This document shows positions 27,044 to 39,957 of a DNA stretch of 64,000 nt, one piece after another. This DNA comes from Macrostomum lignano (taxonomy: Eukaryota), in the NCBI GenBank assembly GCA_002269645.1, contig NIVC01001391.1, positions 234,016 to 298,015 of the forward strand, written 5' to 3'. Position 1 is the stretch's first letter; every line of letters starts with the position of its first letter. The translations under genes were made by a program, and so were the position numbers. The notes below the pieces were generated by a model, which saw only the letters and a program-made list of their open reading frames with translations, was not told the origin of the DNA and did not search any database.

Positions 27044-29528
27044 TCAGTCGGCCGCCTTGGCCTGGCGCCGATCGCTGCCGGGCGCCAGCGACTCCGGCGG
27101 CAGGCGGCCGGCGGTTGACGTCTGTGGCGACGAGGTCGCGACAATGCCGCCGACACCACCGCCCTGGCCGATGACGCCCCAGCCGGCGGTTGCAGATGGC
27201 GGAGCAATCCTGATGCCGCCGCCGGCGCTGGCGGAATTCCAGGAGGATATTGAGAACTGCTGAGAGCTGCTGGGAACGCCGGCGGAGCTGGCGGAATTCC
27301 AGGAGGATATTGAGAACTGCTGAGAGCTGCTGGGCGCGCCGACGGCACTGGCGGGCGGCCAGTTCTGCGGGAGCTGCTGGGCAGGGCGCAAGCCGCCGAC
27401 GCTTCCACTGCTGGCGGCGGGAAGAAGAGCGTGCGGCAGCGGCTGCTGCGGCTGCTGAGGGCCGCCAGTGAAGCCCTGCAGTTGGAGTAGCGGGGATGAG
27501 GAGGGGGAGTCAGCGGTTGCCGAGCTGGATGCCAGGCTGCTGGCTGGGAAACCAATTGAAATGATGAGGAACCACAGCAGATGGGGAGTGCGACGAAAAT
27601 GACAGAATTACAGGAGAGACGGGATGGAGTGACAGGAGGGAGTGACAGGAGTGACGGGAGTGATAGGAAGGAGTGACAGGAGGGAGTGACGGGAGTGACA
27701 GGAGGGAGTGACGGGAGTGATAGGAGGGAGTGACGGGAAGGAGTTACAGGAGTGACGGGAGTGATAGGAGGGAGTGACGGGAAGGAGTTACAGGAGTGAC
27801 GGGAGTGACAGGAGGGAGTGACGGGAGTGACAGGAGGGAGTGACAAGAACAAAAGTGCACAGCAAAGAGTAATACGACCGAGAGGAGTGACATCTGTCGG
27901 CAATAAATGACTCACACTCTTAGTGATAGGCCTGCGAGACATCGGCTGCACCGGGTCCCAGGGTTTGGCGCCGTCGATTACAGCGGAGTCAGAGCTGGCA
28001 GCCGAATGTCCGGGGCTGAACATGGGCTGGTGCTGGTGCTGCTGAAGCTGCTGCTGCAACTGCTGTTGCTGGCTGATGATGCGGCTGCCTTGCACAGCGT
28101 TGTTCTGCGCGTGAAGACGGAGTGCGAACCAGTCAATGAATTATCAGATTGAGAGAGAACGAGTGCTTTAGGCATGCAATAGTTGAAGGTCAGGCTTATG
28201 CATTTCAATATAAAACTAATGCTATTGATGAAGCAATGTGTCTGGAATGTCACTCAACCTTCCTGCTACAGTAGCCTTTAAACAAGAACGTTAGTGTCCC
28301 TGATTGAGGCAGTCGCCTTTAACTGAAAACACACTGTCATTTTGTCAACTTTTAAAAACTGAAAAACTACAAAAGCGCGGGGAGAGCGGCGAACTTTAAA
28401 TTGAACAAAATAAAACATTTTTTTGTCAATTATAACGGATACCTACCACGGCTCTATACCAACGAAATGCCTGAAAATGCGAGAGTTTGTTGCACTGAAT
28501 TTATTAATATGCACACAAAAAAGGATTGGAATGCTGATAGTGGCGGCACACATCAGAGGATTGGAATACTGATAGTGGCGGCACACAACAAAGGATTGGA
28601 ATACTGATAGTGGCGGCACACATCAGAGGATTGGAATACTGATAGTGGCGGCACACATCAGAGAATTGGAATGCTGATAGTGGCGGCACACATCAGAGAA
28701 TTGGAATGCTGATAGTGGCGGCACACATCAGAGGATTGGAATACTGATAGTGGCGGCACACAACAAAGGATTGGAATACTGATAGTGGCGGCACACATCA
28801 GAGGATTGGAATACTGATAGTGGCGGCACACATCAGAGAATTGGAATGCTGATAGTGGCGGCACACAACAGAGGATTGGAATGCTGATAGTGGCGGCACA
28901 CAACAGAGGATTGGAATACTGATAGTGGCGGCACATAACAAAGGATTGGAATGCTGATAGTGGCGGCACACATCAGAGGATTGGAATGCTGATAGTGGGG
29001 CCACACAACAAAGGATTGGAATGCTGATAATGGCGGCACACATCAAAGAATTGGAATGCTGATATTGGCGGCACGCATCAAAGGATTGGAATTCTGATAG
29101 TGGCGGCACACATCAAAGGATTGGAATTCTGATAGTGGCGGCACACAATAAAGGATTGGAATGTTTATAATGGCGCCACACAACAGAGGATTGGAATGCT
29201 GATAGTGGCGGCACACAACAGAGGATTGGAATACTGATAGTGGCGGCACACATCAAATTATTCACCTGCGGCAGAAAGTTTCCAGCCTGCAGCTGCTGTG
29301 GCTGCATCAACTGGGCCTTCATTTGCATAGCCAAGGCTGTCTGCAGCTGCTGCAGCTGCATCAGTGGCATCTGCTGTTGCTGTTGCTGCTGCTGAGGAGT
29401 CAGGAGACTCTGCGGCCGGAGCGCGTGGACGCCGCGAGGCGCGGACTGCACCGCTGCCGTGCCGGTAGCCGATGATGACAGAGCCATTGACATCGGCTGC
29501 TGCTGCTGGAACAGCTGCTGTCGTAGAA

Positions 29529-29560
<32 letters not shown>

Positions 29561-32549
29561 GTCGGCTGCTGTGGCTGTTGCTGCTGACGCTGAGGCTGCT
29601 GTACAGCCAGCTGACTGAGCAGCTTCTGAATGGCCGCCTGGCCGCTGTCACCCGACGAATTCGAAGCCCCAGCAGCACCAGACGTCAGAGCGCGCAGCCC
29701 GGCGGGAGGCTGCACTGGTGGAGCCGGGGCGCCGTGACCGCCAGCCAGGGAGCCTTCAATTTCCTCCAGGGTCCTGGCCTGGAGAACCTGCGGACGCTGC
29801 TGCGACTGCTGAGGCTGCAAAGGGCGCGGCTGCAGCTGGGCCGGGGTGGCGGACGGAGCGACAGGAGCGGCGGCGGCGCTGACGACGGCGGGTGCTGGGG
29901 TGGCAGCGGCCCCGCCGCCAGCTTTTAGGCTACCAAACAGCAGCGACTTGATGTTGGCTTCAACTTCTCGAGCGTCCAACTGGCGATTTGGCGCAGCTGA
30001 CTGAGCTGCAGGCTGCTGTGGCTGCTGCTGAGGCTGAGGCAGAAGAGGCTGAGGAGGCTGGGGCTGTTGCTGAGGCTGAGGTTTGTTCTGCTGACCGATA
30101 CGCAGATCCTTCAGCAGCATCTGCTGCAGCTGCACGACATCAGCGCTTGGCGCCGGCTTCTTGGCTGGCGCAGACGCCGGTTTCGGCGCCGGAGCGGCAG
30201 CGGCGGTTGCCGGAACCTGGGCAGTCGGCGGCCTCATTGGTGGGGGAGCGGCGTCGCCAGAGTCGGCGCTGAGCCACTTCGACATGCGGGAGGGTGCGGC
30301 AACAACTGGCTGCTCGTCGGCCTCTGCCAGCACCGGCATCAGGAGGTCGGACAGGTCAAAATCCAGCGGTGGGGGGAAAGCAGAGTCGGCTGAGGCCGAC
30401 TTCTCAGCTTTCGACGCTGGCTGGGAGGGCGGCGGCGGCGGCGCTGGCGCCTGCGATTTAACAGCTGTTGAAGCTGCCGGAGGCTCCTTCGTCACTGATT
30501 TGGCGGTCTCCGCGGACTTCGCCGAAGTTGTTGCCGTTGTCGCTGCCGACGAGGCGGTTGCTGCAGCCGCGGCCGGGGCCGCTGACTCGGCTGGCTCAGG
30601 CTTGGCCGCCGGAGCCGCGGGCTGCGGGCGCGGGGCTCGCCTCGGCGCCGACTCCTCGGGCAGGCCGGTGAGCTCCAGCTTCTCGAGCTTATCCAGCGGG
30701 CCCTCATCAAACCAAGCAGGGGTTTCGCTGTCGTTATAGTAGGAGCCGCCGCCGCCGCGCTGTACCGACTGCTGCTGCTGGGGCACGATCTCCCGAGGCC
30801 GTTGGCTCCGCTCCCACTGCCCGGCGCTGGCGGGGAAGCGCGCCGGCCGCTCGATACGGCGGCTCGGCTTGCCTGAAGCTGACGCCGACGCCGCTGCTGC
30901 CGCTGCCGCTGCCGCCACTGTCGAAGCCGCAGCCGTAGCAGCGGCATTGGCTGCGGACGTTGCCGACGCCGTTTCCGACATCGGCGTCGGGGTGGAAGCC
31001 GCCGAGTGGTCGGAGTCGCCACGTTCGCGACTACCATCGGCCTCAGCAGCAGTCTTGGCACGGTGAGGATTGCAACCCAGTCCCCAGGTGCGCTTCTGCG
31101 GACCCAGCACGATGCCGTCGTCCTTGCCGCGGTCTGTAGCGGTGAAGTTGCCAATTTTTACCTCTTTAGTTATTCTACTTCTTATGTTTAAGATCCTTTA
31201 GCGCCCCTCGCTACTTTCCGGTCCTTCAGCACCCCCACTACCTTCAGAGCTTCAGCGCACCCCCCCCAATACCTTCTGGTCCTTCAGCGCCCCCCCCCCA
31301 CTACCTTCTGGTCCTTCAGCGCCCCCCCACTACCTTCTGGTCCTTCAGCGCCCCCCACTACCTTCTGGTCCTTCAGCGCCCCCCCCACTACCTTCTGGTC
31401 CTTCAGCGCCCCCCCCACTACCTTCTGGTCCTTCAGCGCCCCCCCCACTACCTTCTGGTCCTTCAGCGCCCCCCCACTACCTTCTGGTCCTTCAGCGCCC
31501 CCCCCACTACCTTCTGGTCCTTCAGCGCCCCCCACTACCTTCTGGTCCTTCAGCGCCCCCCCACTACCTTCTGGTCCTTCAGCGCCCCCACAACCTTCTG
31601 GTCCTTCAGCGCCCCCACAACCTTCTGGTCCTTCAGCGCCCCCACAACCTTCTGGTCCTTCAGCGCCCCCACTACCTGGTCCTTCAGCGCCCCCCCCCTA
31701 CCTTCTGGTCCTTCAGCGCCCCCACTAACTTTAGAACTTCAGCGCTCGCGCTATCCTCCAGACTTTCAGCGCTCTACCTTCCAGCTACTTACCGCCTTTG
31801 ATCATCTTGGACCTGGTGGTCGTATCGCTGCCTTTCTTGTCCCCGTCAAAAAGCTTGACAGGATCCCACAGGCCGCCGTCGCCAATGAAGGCCCTGTTGA
31901 GCTCCCGAGGCCACAGCTTGGACAGCTTCGCCTCCTGCAGCTTCATCAGTTGCTCGCGAGAGTATTGCCTTCGCTTTTGCGGCTGCTGAACTTGCTTCTG
32001 CTGCTGCTGCGTTTGCTTCTGCTGTGGCTGCTGCTTTTGCTGCTGCTGTTGCAGCTGCTTGGGTTGCTGCTGTGATTGCTGCTTCTGCTGAGGCTTCTGT
32101 TGCTGCTGGTGTTTGTTCGTTGGCTTATTAGTTTGTTGCTGTTGCTGCGATTGCTTAGGCGGCTGTTGCTGCTGAGGCTGCTTTGGCTGCTGCGCCTGTT
32201 GCTGCTGTGTCTGCTTCTGCACAGGCTGCTGCTTTGGCTGCTGCTGCGGAACCGGCTGCTGTTGCTGCTGCAGCTGTCCAGCTGGTCCGCCAGCGGCCGC
32301 AGAGCCGGCAGTGGCTTCCATCCTCCGTTTGTGGCCGGCGCGGGTGCCCCTGCGCACCTTGCTGCTGGCCGCGCCAGCCCCGGCGGCGATGTTGTTGTTG
32401 TTGCTCCCGCCGCCGTTCCCGGCGCCGCCTGCAGTGGCCACGCCGGCGGCAGCCGCGGCTGGCTGTTCAACGGCCTGCGCGACCGGCTTGCCAGCCGCAT
32501 TGGTGCCGCCGCTCTCCTTCTGGACTTGCTGCTGCCCTGCCCGGTTCAT
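27044..32549 (-). CDS. EIF4ENIF1: eIF4E transporter (4E-T/Cup family) homolog, Q/A/P-rich, ~1081 aa. Exons 32549-31793, 31133-29266, 28104-27916, 27475-27044
   Basis: 4E-binding YxxxxLphi motif YSREQLM followed by ...DGGLWDPVK; DGIVLGPQKRTWGLGC (cf. VVLSPQRRSFGGGC); Cup-homology PAWFDEGPLDKLEKLELTG (cf. PEWFSAGPTSQSETIELTG); SRMSKWL. Splice phases 1/0/0 are compatible. The start codon and last exon are less certain. Confidence 0.85.
27615..27845. repeat. ~22-bp minisatellite in 4E-T intron 3
   Basis: Unit GGAGGGAGTGACGGGAGTGACA. Confidence 0.9.
28520..29255. repeat. 35-bp minisatellite in 4E-T intron 2
   Basis: Unit ATCAGAGGATTGGAATACTGATAGTGGCGGCACAC, ~21 copies, contiguous with no spacers. 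Confidence 0.95.
31200..31745. repeat. ~28-31-bp minisatellite in 4E-T intron 1
   Basis: Unit CTTCTGGTCCTTCAGCG(C)nACTAC with a variable C-run. Confidence 0.95.
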
Positions 32550-33479
32550 TCTGCGAAGAAGGTGGTGAGACTTCATTAGCTTGATTAGCAAACACCACTA
32601 AATGCAAGCTAAACTATGAACACACATGCGCAACAACCGGCCGGCTGGCGAGGGGCCCAGCCAAGGTAAGTTGCAAAAATGCCCACAAGAAAAATATTAA
32701 CGCAGTACTAATTAGATGACGAGGCATTTATCCCTAATAAGACACTCAAGTTACTCCTGCCATTTACCCAAAAGCATTAATTCTTGCTTTAGGGTTTTTT
32801 TCACAGGTAAGTCGCATTTTTGGTCAAAAAGTAATTCACATGGCCAGTGTAAATCAGAGGTTGCGCATGTATGACTTGTATAAAACCACAGGTGCATTAA
32901 TTCCTTCATCAATTTTTGATCTGTCTCCTTCACTGTACTGATATAAAGCAGTTAATTTTTGAATTTTGTAACACTGATAGAAAAATTAGTCTATAAAAAT
33001 GCCTAACAATCTCAAGGGTTAAAAACTTTTGCCATTTACCCCATTGGCATTTTTCTACAATGCTTGATAGCCTGCAATAGTTATATCATTCCAGTTAACA
33101 AGAATATTATAGATTTTAAAAATCAATTTATTAGTCATAATTTATGACATTATTTTTTAACTTTTAAAGATATTTTTAATTATTTTGTAGCTTCTAAATC
33201 AGTTTTCAATGACGTTATGTGACTTTCTAAGCTTGAGAGTTTTTTGAGATTTTGACTTTTCAAGCTTGTGATAATGGATAACTTTTCAACAAATGTGACT
33301 TTTTGAGCTTGTGATGTGACTCCCTTTTTGTCTGCTAGTAGATGAATTATATGAGTTTTTGAATTAAGTTTGAATTGCATTTGCATTTTGAGTTAGTAGC
33401 TATCTAAGAGAAGATACAAAAAGTGCAATAATCCTTTTCTTATTTAGTGCAATAATCCTTTTATTTAGACCCTAATAAA

Positions 33480-33585
33480 TCCTTGAATAAAAGCTTTAAT
33501 AAAATATTTTATTATTTACTAAGACTTGAACCCAGATCATTGCATTAGTAGGCTTTAGTTTAGTTTGTTTGCATCTAAGCTTGCT
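33480..33585 (-). mobile_element. Degenerate tRNA-like Pol III head, copy A
   Basis: Minus strand ...CTACTAATGCAATGATCTGGGTTCAAGTC (B-box-like) followed by ATTAAAGCTTTT; homologous by eye to copies B and C. Confidence 0.45.
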
Positions 33586-34094
33586 TTAATCAATTTTATT
33601 AAAAATTAATTGTACAATATACCACTTATAATTCAACCTTCATACTAAATCAGTTAAAGTAAAAGGCAATTAGTATCAATCCAAATTAAAATCAATAATA
33701 GAATTATGCAATCTAAATTAGGTCTCTTGCTTTGCTTCCACACTGTATTTTTAACATTAATTTAATTCATGTTAGACTAGAGTTATAATTTATTTGGTGA
33801 TATAATCTTTATTAGAATCCGAATCAGAATTGAGTCAATCAGTTTTTTCTCTTTAGCATTCTTACTAGCAATCTAGCGCCCCCCTTCGGGTGGCCAATAA
33901 ACAAGGGACGAATCCTTTAAAATGAAAAAAAATTCTTAGGGAGGGGGGCTAGGAATCGAATTCTCATTTTAATTCCAGGCTTATGTACCAATAAAACATG
34001 TTTGTGCAGAATTTTATAACAGACATTGAAATTCAACCATACTTGCCTTCTTTCAGAGCTACTTCTACCAGTATGCTTCAGTACGCTACCAGTA

Positions 34095-35030
34095 CCCTTG
34101 TAAGCCTTGACATGTCAGCAATCCCCCCACAAGCCTTAACATATCAACTCCCCCTTGACATCTCAGCAATGCTCCCATAAGCCTTGAAATCTTAAAAAAT
34201 CTGTCTACTTTCTAACCCTAACCCTAACCCTAACCCTAACCCTAACCCTAAAGCATTGAAATTTCAGTAATTCTCTCTAAGAGTCTATAGCACTACTACA
34301 GCATTATAGCGATTCCCTGCAAGCCTCGACATTGTAGGGATTCCCAAATGAATCTCTTAACTTTGACATGAAGCTTCTTTTTTTTACATTACGCTTTTTC
34401 TATCAGCGATCCCTCCTGTGAGGAGCCAACAAATAATGTAATAACTTTTTTCCAATAAACTACATGTAGCTTCTGACATTAGCCTTGACATCTCATTTAT
34501 TCCCCCGTGAGCCTTGACATCTCAGCTATAGATAGATAGATAGATAGATTCCCCTCGTAAGCCTTGACATGTCAGCGATGCCCCCATAAACCTTGAAATC
34601 TAAAAAATCCCCTGTTAACCTTGAAACGCGCTAAAATCTAACCCTCAACCCAAACCTGACGTAAACCTAACTTTCACCCAACCTAAAGCCTTGAAATCAC
34701 AGCAATTCTTCTTCCCTAAGCCTTGGCATTTAAGTGATTCCTTCTTTAAGAATCACAGCACTATAACGATTCCCTCCAAGCTTTGACATCATAGCAATTC
34801 CCAAATGAATATTTTAACTTTGACATGACTTTTATTTTATGTATACATAGTGCTCCTTTTATTTTTACATGACTCTTCTTCTATCAGCGCCCCCCCCCAC
34901 CGTGGCAAGCCAACAAAGAATGCAATAAAAAAACTTAAGTAAAGTACATGTACTTTGAAGTAGCTTCTGACTTTTGCTTTAACATCTCAGAAACCCCCCT
35001 ATAATCTCAGTTATTCTCTGTGAGCCTTGA
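34095..35030. repeat. Diverged tandem duplication, period ~456 bp
   Basis: Matching blocks at 34300-34372 and 34756-34829 (...GATTCCCT.CAAGC.T.GACAT..TAG..ATTCCCAAATGAAT..TTTAACTTTGACATGA) and at ~34400/34880. Confidence 0.75.
34212..34251. repeat. Interstitial telomeric repeat (TAACCC)6
   Basis: Six perfect TAACCC units. Confidence 0.9.
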
Positions 35031-35189
35031 CGTCTCAGTGATTCTCCCCAGCACAGCACAATAGCTTCATTTAATTTTTACATGACACTTCTTTCATGTC
35101 TGACATGACGCTTCTTTTGATTTTTATGTTACGCTACTTTTATTCTTCCATGATGCTTCTTAATTTTTTAAATGACACTTTCATTAGTT

Positions 35190-35970
35190 TTTATATGAGG
35201 CTTCTATAATTTTTTCATGAGGCTTCTATGTTAACATGACGCTTCTATGCTTGTTTACATGACGCTTTTATGATTGTTTACATGACGCTTCTATGATTGT
35301 TTACATGACGCTTGTATGATTGTTTACATGACGCTTCTATGATTTTTTACATGACGCTTCTATGATTTTTACATGACGCTTCTATGATTTTTACATGACG
35401 CTTCTATGATTTTTTACATGACACTTCTATGATTGTTTACATGACGCTTGTATGATTGTTTACATGACGCTTCTATGATTTTAACATGACGCTTCTATGA
35501 TTGTTTACATTACGCTTCTATGATTGCTTGCATGACGCTTCTATGATTTTTTTATGATGCTTTTATGATTTTAACATGACGCTTCTATGATTTTTTTACA
35601 TGACGCTTCTATGATTGTTTACATGACGCTTCTATGATTTTAACATGACGCTTCTATGATTGTTTACATTACGCTTCTATGATTTTTACATGACGCTTCT
35701 ATGATTTTTTATGATGCTTTTATGATTTTAACGTGACGCTTCTATGATTGTTTACATGACGCTTCTATGATTGTTTACATGACGCTTCTATGATTGTTTA
35801 CATGACGCTTTTATGATTTTAACATGACGCTTCTATGATTGTTTACATTACGCTTCAATGATTTTTACATGACGCTTCTATGATTTTTACATGACACTTC
35901 TATGATTGTTTACATGACGCTTCTATGATTGTTTACATGACACTTGTATGATTGTTTACATGATGCTTCC
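35190..35970. repeat. ~23-bp minisatellite
   Basis: Unit ACATGACGCTTCTATGATTGTTT. Confidence 0.95.
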
Positions 35971-35992
35971 ATAATTTTTTTTTGTCTTGGCG

Positions 35993-36090
35993 TTAAAAAG
36001 CTTTAATTAAAAAAACTCTACTTTCTAAAAATTCGAACCATCGTCCCTGCATTTAGCAGTTTAGTCTGTTTACCTCTAGGCTAGCTCTCG
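35993..36090 (-). mobile_element. tRNA-like Pol III head, copy B
   Basis: Minus strand GAGCTAGCCTAGAGGTAAACAGACTAAACTGCTAAATGCAGGGACGATGGTTCGAAT, with A-box-like TAGCCTAGAGG and B-box GGTTCGAAT. Confidence 0.55.
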
Positions 36091-36129
36091 TGAATTTTAG
36101 TCATTACCCTTAAATAGAAAATATTCCCA

Positions 36130-36370
36130 AGACAGCAAGCATCCCCCCAGTAGCAAGCATCCCCTAATACTCCTAGCAAGCATCCACCCAGATAGCAAGC
36201 ATCTGCAGATAGCAAGCATCTTGCAGATAGCAAGCATCTTGCAGATAGCAAGCATCTTCCAGATAGCAAGCATCTTGCAGATAGCAAGCATACCCCAAAT
36301 AATGTAGAAGCATCCTTCCAGATAGCAAGCATCCTGCACATAGCAAGAATCCCTAAATAGCAAGCATCCC
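36130..36370. repeat. ~18-bp minisatellite
   Basis: Unit AGATAGCAAGCATCTTGC. Confidence 0.9.
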
Positions 36371-36409
36371 TGGATAGAAATAATCCTATACATGTAGCCA
36401 AGCTTATCA

Positions 36410-37760
36410 AGCACAGTAATCCTTGGCTATCGAGTGCAGTAATCCTTGGTTTATTAATAGCAATAATCCATGGCTTATCGAGTGCAGTAATTCTTGGTTT
36501 GCCAAGTGCAGTAAGTAATCCTTGGTTTATTAATAGCAATAATCCATGGCTTATTGAGTGCAGTAATCCTTGGTTTATTAATAGCAATAATCCTTGGCTT
36601 ATCGAGTGCAGTAATCCTTGGTTTATTTATAGCAATAATCCTTGATAAATCAAGTGCAGTAATCCTTGGTTTGCCAAGAGCAATAGTCCTTGGTTTATTG
36701 AGTGCAGTAATTCATGGTTTATTAATAGCAATAATCCTTGGCTTATCAAGTGCAGTAATCCTTGGTTTATTAATAGCAATAATCCTTGGCTTATCGAGTG
36801 CAGTAATCCTTGGTTTATTAATAGCAATAATACTTGATAAATCAAGTGCAGTAATCCTTGGTTTGCCAAGAGCAATAGTCCTTGGTTTATTGAGTGCAGT
36901 AATTCATGGTTTATTAATAGCAATAATCCTTGGCTTATCGAGTTCAGTAATCCTTGGTTTGCCAAGTGCAGTAATCCTTGGTTTATTAATAGCAATAATC
37001 CTTGGCTTATTGAGTGCAGTAATCCTTGGTTTATTAATAGCAATAATCCTTGGCTTATCGAGTGCAGTAATCCTTGGTTTATTAATAGCAATAATCCATG
37101 CCTTATTGAGTGCAGTAATCCTTGGTTTATTAATAGCAATAATCCTTGGCTTATCGAGTGCAGTAATCCTTGGTTTATTAATAGCAATAATCCTTGGCTT
37201 ATCGAGTGCAGTAATCCTTGGTTTATTAATAGCAATAATCCTTGATTAATCAAGTGCAGTAATTTTTGGTTTGCCAAGAGCAATTAGTCCTTGGTTTATT
37301 GAGTGCAGTAATCCTTGGTTTATTAATAGCAATAATCCTTGGCTTATCGAGTGCAGTAATCCTTGGTTTGCCAAGTGCATAATCCTTGGTTTATTAATAG
37401 CAATAATCCTTGGTTTATCGAGTGCAGTAATCCTTGGTTTACAATAATCCTTGGCTTATCAAGTGCAGTAATCCTTGGTTTATTAATAGCAATAATCCAT
37501 GGCTTATCGAGTGCAGTAATCCTTGGTTTATTAATAGCAATAATCCATGGCTTATCGAGTGCAGTAATCCTTGGTTTGCCAAGAGCAATAGTCCTTGGTT
37601 TATTGAGTGCAGTAATCCTTGGTTTATTAATAGCAATAGTCCTTGGTTTATTGAGTGCAGTAATCCTTGGTTTATTAATAGCAATAATCCTTGGCTTATC
37701 GAGTGCAGTATTCCTTGGTTTGCCAAGAGCAATAATCCTTAGCTTATCGAGTGCAGTAAT
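36410..37760. repeat. 48-bp (2x24) minisatellite
   Basis: Unit GAGTGCAGTAATCCTTGGTTTATTAATAGCAATAATCCTTGGCTTATC. Confidence 0.95.
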
Positions 37761-37784
37761 CTAAGTGTTTTTATTTAGTCCTTT

Positions 37785-37885
37785 AATAAAAGCTTTTAAT
37801 AAAAAATTTTACACTACTACTTAGATTCAAACCCAGGTCGCTACATTAGCAGTCTGGTCTGTTCAGCTCTAGGCTAGCTCTCATC
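37785..37885 (-). mobile_element. tRNA-like Pol III head, copy C
   Basis: Minus strand GAGCTAGCCTAGAGCTGAACAGACCAGACTGCTAATGTAGCGACCTGGGTTTGAATC followed by ATTAAAAGCTTTT. Confidence 0.55.
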
Positions 37886-39957
37886 GAAGTTATCAGTGAA
37901 TTTGTACCACTTATATAATTCAACACTCACACCAAGTCAGGTAGAGTAAAAAGTCACGCAAAGCAGTTATGACATAATCAATTTCTTAGGCAAGTCAGTA
38001 CCAGTGTCTATGAAAGCTAATAATATGGTTACGTAATATAAATTCAGTACTGCACTATACTTTCACACTCAAAGCTGTGACGCAATTCAATTGAGTGTCA
38101 AATTCAGCCAGTACACAGACGATAAATAAAGTGTATTATGATGCAATCTATTTCAGAATCAGAATTCAACCAGTCAGTTTTTTTTCTAGCATTTTTACAG
38201 TGCACTTCAAGTCGAAATAGCTGCTTGACCTTTGCAAAAAAGCATGTTTTTCGAATATTTAATCCCTTTAGCATCGAGCAATTTCTTAGCCACGCTGCAT
38301 GTACCGTCACGGAAAAATTTCTGATCGAATAGTGCAAGTTCGAAGAAAATCAGTTGAGCCATTTTTGCTAAAATCGATCATATACACATATACCGACAGA
38401 CCATTTTTAGTATATGGAATACTGCATTTCAAATTGAAAAGTCTACTTGACCTTTGCAGCTAGCCACTTTGTCTTTGGGTTTGCAAAAATGCATATTTTT
38501 AGACTTTTAAAATTAAACTCTACTAAAGACTTTAGCCTAGTATTGAGTGATTTCTTAGGACTTTGGCAAGACATAGGCCCTTATAAGTTATATATATGGC
38601 ATTATGGGAAAAATTATTGAATATAGAATAGTCAAGTTTTGAGAAAAGCAATTAAGCATTTTTTTCTAAAATCAATCATACACATGCATAGGCCTATAAT
38701 ACACTTATATATAGCCATAGGCCCTATTTATAAACCATTTTAGTACATGGTCATGATTTATGGATGCTACTTCTAATATTAGTTGTCAAAAATATTAGGA
38801 AATTATTTAGTTATCTTATCACCATCTAAGCATCTTATTATACACAAAATATTAACATTGTTTACTTAATATTTGTCAGACAAAATGATTGTAGGCCCAG
38901 AGTCCAGAGTCCAGACCATTACATATTTATCATTTTTTCTATTAGTAGGCCTATTAGGGCCTAGATTACTATAGAAACCAGAAACATTAGGCTAGCTAGG
39001 CCTATGAAGCTTAGCATAACAAAGAATTAAGCCAAGGTTGACGACAGGCCAATGCAACTAAACCACCATAAAAATGCGACCAATGCCAATGACGATGGCC
39101 AGCCTATAGGCAAAACTGGCAAAAAATTGGTCACAAAAAATAATGCGCTTAATATAAAGAGCTGTTAAGTGGATATCCTAGGCTAGCTGCTAGCCTTAAA
39201 CATCAATATATAGTGCCAAAATATAGCCCTATATAAACTGTTTATCAGTTTATGGTGTTCAGACTCCGGCCGTACGCCAGTCAGTCATGAATTTATGAGT
39301 CTCGAATGTCGAATTCCCCATGACCGTGTCTCCAAAATATACAATCAAAAATGAGTCAAATTTTTATTCATCGCAGCGATGTTTTTAATTATTAAAGATT
39401 TTTTTATTACCATTTTTACACAACTTCCTCATGGGAGTCTCTTTTACTTTGGTTTTACTTTATATTATCTAGTTTCTTCGTTAAAACTAACGTTTCATAT
39501 TTGAAATATATGTACCTTTACTAATCTGGCCTTTAACATAGCTAAAAATAGTTTACCATTTTTCGTCATTTCTCAAAATTTCAATGAAGCTTTTTTCCTT
39601 CATGCTGTAATTAATTTTTTCTCTATATCGTTTTCTCTATATCGTTTTCTCTAATACGTTGCTTTCGTATTCGCGCTTTCTCAATATTGTTGCATTCAAT
39701 TTTGTGATAGTACGTGCACACTGCGAAGTCACCCTTGGCCTTGTTACCTATTGTTAATGTAACTATATATTTATGTCTATAGCAACAGGTGCATGTGGCA
39801 AAGCAAACTGTGTAATAGGAATGTCCTGAGATACACAATATGAGGGGGTATTATTAGACCGGAGCCTTCTGAGGAGATGTTGAGATCAAAACTCAGAGAG
39901 GGTTCAAGTGCTGTTTACCATGTAAATTGTTCAAAAACAGGGCTTCAGCGTTTCACC

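Noticed and set aside
28520-29255. 35-bp repeat array as a CRISPR array
   Set aside because: Units are contiguous with no unique spacers, there are no cas genes, and it lies in a eukaryotic intron. The same holds for the 33-, 37- and 41-bp arrays.
32750-33386. Decayed LINE ORF1 or zinc-finger remnant
   Set aside because: Only suggestive coiled-coil and Cys/His fragments in different frames; not supportable without a profile search.
36081-37764. Leu/Ile-rich membrane-like ORFs
   Set aside because: Translations of the 18- and 48-bp arrays; the 4183-5216, 24042-24947, 50170-51017 and 52111-52800 ORFs are rejected for the same reason.
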